A stretch of DNA of 64,000 nt from Amoebophrya sp. A120. Taxonomy: Eukaryota; Protista; Dinoflagellata. The stretch covers positions 5,992,828-6,056,827 of the forward strand of contig CAJINV010000004.1 of NCBI GenBank assembly GCA_905178155.1. The letters are read 5' to 3'. Position numbers and translations under genes: made by a program. Numbering within the stretch: the stretch's first letter is position 1; each line of letters begins with the position of its first letter. Shown here piece after piece: positions 62,001 to 64,000 of the stretch. The notes beneath the pieces were generated by a model, which had not been told where the DNA came from, ran no database searches, and saw nothing but the letters and a program-made list of their open reading frames with translations.

Positions 62001-63000
62001 TTATTTTCCCGCTTGCTGCTGCTGCTCCTGCTGCTCTCGTTGACTGCGTTTTCTGACGTGTTTTGCGCCTGGTTGGTACACCTTCAGCTCCGGCGCGGCG
62101 CCAGTGGGGGAAACTTGAAACGGCGGCATCTTTTCCAGGGTGTATTTTTTCACGTACGCGCGGAACTCATCCTTGTCAACGTAACCGGAGTCGTCGGTGT
62201 CAAACGCCTTCCAAACCATCTCCCATTCGTCTGTTTGTTTGATGTGTTGTATGAATGGAAAAAAAAAAAAATTTAATTGCAGTTGGATAAGTACTAAGAA
62301 ATGAACGCGCATGAGCAACAGGACAAAGCCCCAACGCAGGTTTCATGCGTGACGAGAAGCGCGTCCTACCCCTGATGCACGATGCGGCTTTTCGGAGTAA
62401 CAATAAGACTAAAAGCAACATCGCCTCACGAACTACTGCTGCATCAGTTGTTGCAGCGAGAACAGACGGAAGCGAACATAGAAGTGCTGTTGAATTTTTA
62501 CCAAGCGTCTCAGCCTTTTTTTTTCCAAATTCAGGCTGTAGAAAGAAGTTTGGTGGCGTAGTACTAATACCTGTGTTCATGTATTCCTTGTGTCCGAGGA
62601 AGGCACGGATCTCGCGGAGCACGATTACCATCTCGTCGCGGTCCAGTTCGCCAGACAAGTCGTCGTTATGGATGGCAAATATGTCTAGGTCTGGAAGATT
62701 GGAACTTGTGATGCTGTCTCTGGATTGTAGAAAAATCTGTGCTGCATGACCAGCAAGAGGAGTCCAGTTTGTGCTACGCGGGGAGGGCATTTGTCATGCG
62801 AGATAGCCATTAGGAAGCCCTGTCAATATCTGTGATGCTAGCTCATGCATTACCGGCATCATGGGTCATGCAAAATATGCATGACAAACCTTGCGTTCTT
62901 CCAGACCCAGATACTTGCAGTGGATAGTCGTCAAACCGCTGCCATATCTCGTCGATTTCCTCGTCTGTGTACTTCTTCAGGTCGTACTGGTGCTGTTATC
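62001..63000 (-). CDS. EF-hand calcium-binding protein; 5' end approximate
   Basis: EF loops FD|DDLSGELDRDE (formed across an introner) and FDTDDSGYVDKDE. Confidence 0.8.
62667..62926. mobile_element. Introner, family B, inside an EF-hand loop
   Basis: Family B TIR; DR gtcgt/gtcgt. Confidence 0.9.
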
Positions 63001-63289
63001 GGTGTATTGTGAATTCTTGAAGATGATTAATAATTCAAAGTACTTGGTTTGCATTCGACGAGATACATACTCTGGCTCTTCTATTCGAAGAGGCAGAGGA
63101 GGTGGGAGGGAGAAGTGCTTTTATATCCTACTCATTTAAATGATCACCTCATCACTTCTCCGCGCAAAAGCGGCAAGGAAGCCGAGGGACGACCACGGAA
63201 AAAAATTATCATTAATATTGCAGCTTGTGTTAAAAATCGTGCTATCGCATTCGCAACTTCTGTTACCGTCTCTGTCAAACAGATAACTA

Positions 63290-64000
63290 TCATACCCAAA
63301 ACTGCTCGAGCGGGAGTTCCCTGGACCTTTCGCGCAAGTACTCCTGGGACGACATTTCCGTGAGCCTGGAAACCGTCCGGTCCCACGCGAAGATTTCGTC
63401 CTGAATCGCCGTCTTTTTATCGATCGACGGATCCACGGTGAAAATCTCGTGCGCTTTCTTCTCCTATGGATTCCAAATTTCTCAATCTGGGTCTGCGTCT
63501 AGAGAGCTGAGACGTGTGTTCGTGTTGCTGACTTTACCTGAACCTGCATATATTTGGCAGGGTGGCCTCTGGTCTGGTATGGCAACATACCAGCATGACA
63601 AGTTTTCCTCAAGCTCTCGTCGTGCATTGGAATTCATGCGTATTTAGCATGACAAAGCTCCATGCAGCACGACAAAAAAGCTCGCCACTCCACCTGCACC
63701 TCTCCGTGCATCACAGATTTTGTCGCTGGTCCTCTCTTTCAGATACAAATCTGGCGTTACACACTGAGACCCAGACACAAGAAGATTTGCGTTCGATATC
63801 TCCGAGAGGAGGACAAATTTTGTCCTTTGTTCGTACAAGTTGTCGATCAATGTGATGAACCTCCTCACTTGGCTATCCTGAGGAAAAACGTCCCCACCAG
63901 ATTAGTCAAGTTGGGATCTCTGCAACACAAATCGAGAAGTTTTGGGAGTCACGCACACGAATGACAAGCAGGAGCTTCTCGCTGTTTATTTGTAGTGCCG
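63290..64000 (-). CDS. AFG1: AFG1/ZapE (LACE1)-like ATPase, 3' part; continues beyond window
   Basis: RRFITLIDNLYEQRTKFVLLSE|KKAHEIF..DEIFAWDRTVSRLTEMSSQEYL matches the AFG1 C-terminus. Confidence 0.85.
63465..63798. mobile_element. Diverged family B-like introner
   Basis: TAT..TCTGGGTCT / AGACCCAGA..ATA; DR tctcc/tctcc; frame restored. Confidence 0.82.
63874..64000. mobile_element. Family F introner, truncated by window end
   Basis: TATCCTGAGGAAAAACGTCCCCACC left end. Confidence 0.7.

Overview
Eukaryotic genomic DNA, most likely a parasitic dinoflagellate such as Amoebophrya/Syndiniales. This is inferred from the unidirectional gene array and the intron type. About 12 protein-coding genes all lie on the minus strand: a PX-domain protein, proteasome beta-1/beta6, a ~3.5-kaa phospholipase-B/cPLA2-like protein, an aldo-keto reductase, a Cys-rich membrane protein, a GT61-like glycosyltransferase, a DUF1810-like protein, an EF-hand protein, the 3' end of an AFG1/ZapE ATPase, and several hypotheticals. 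The dominant feature is about 49 MITE-like insertions from about 10 families, all inside coding sequence. They run 5'-TAT...ATA-3', have terminal inverted repeats (TIRs) and are flanked by 5-bp direct repeats (DRs; diverged in older copies). In every junction I checked, removing the element plus one repeat copy restores the reading frame. They therefore behave as non-canonical, orientation-independent transposon-derived introns (introners), and they share a TGTNATGC/GCATNACA motif. Ordinary GT-AG introns coexist with them. Two larger non-autonomous transposons (GAGA termini, 8-bp target-site duplication, TSD) carry satellite arrays, and one is nested inside an introner. Family letters A-K are my own labels. 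Coordinates were read by eye.
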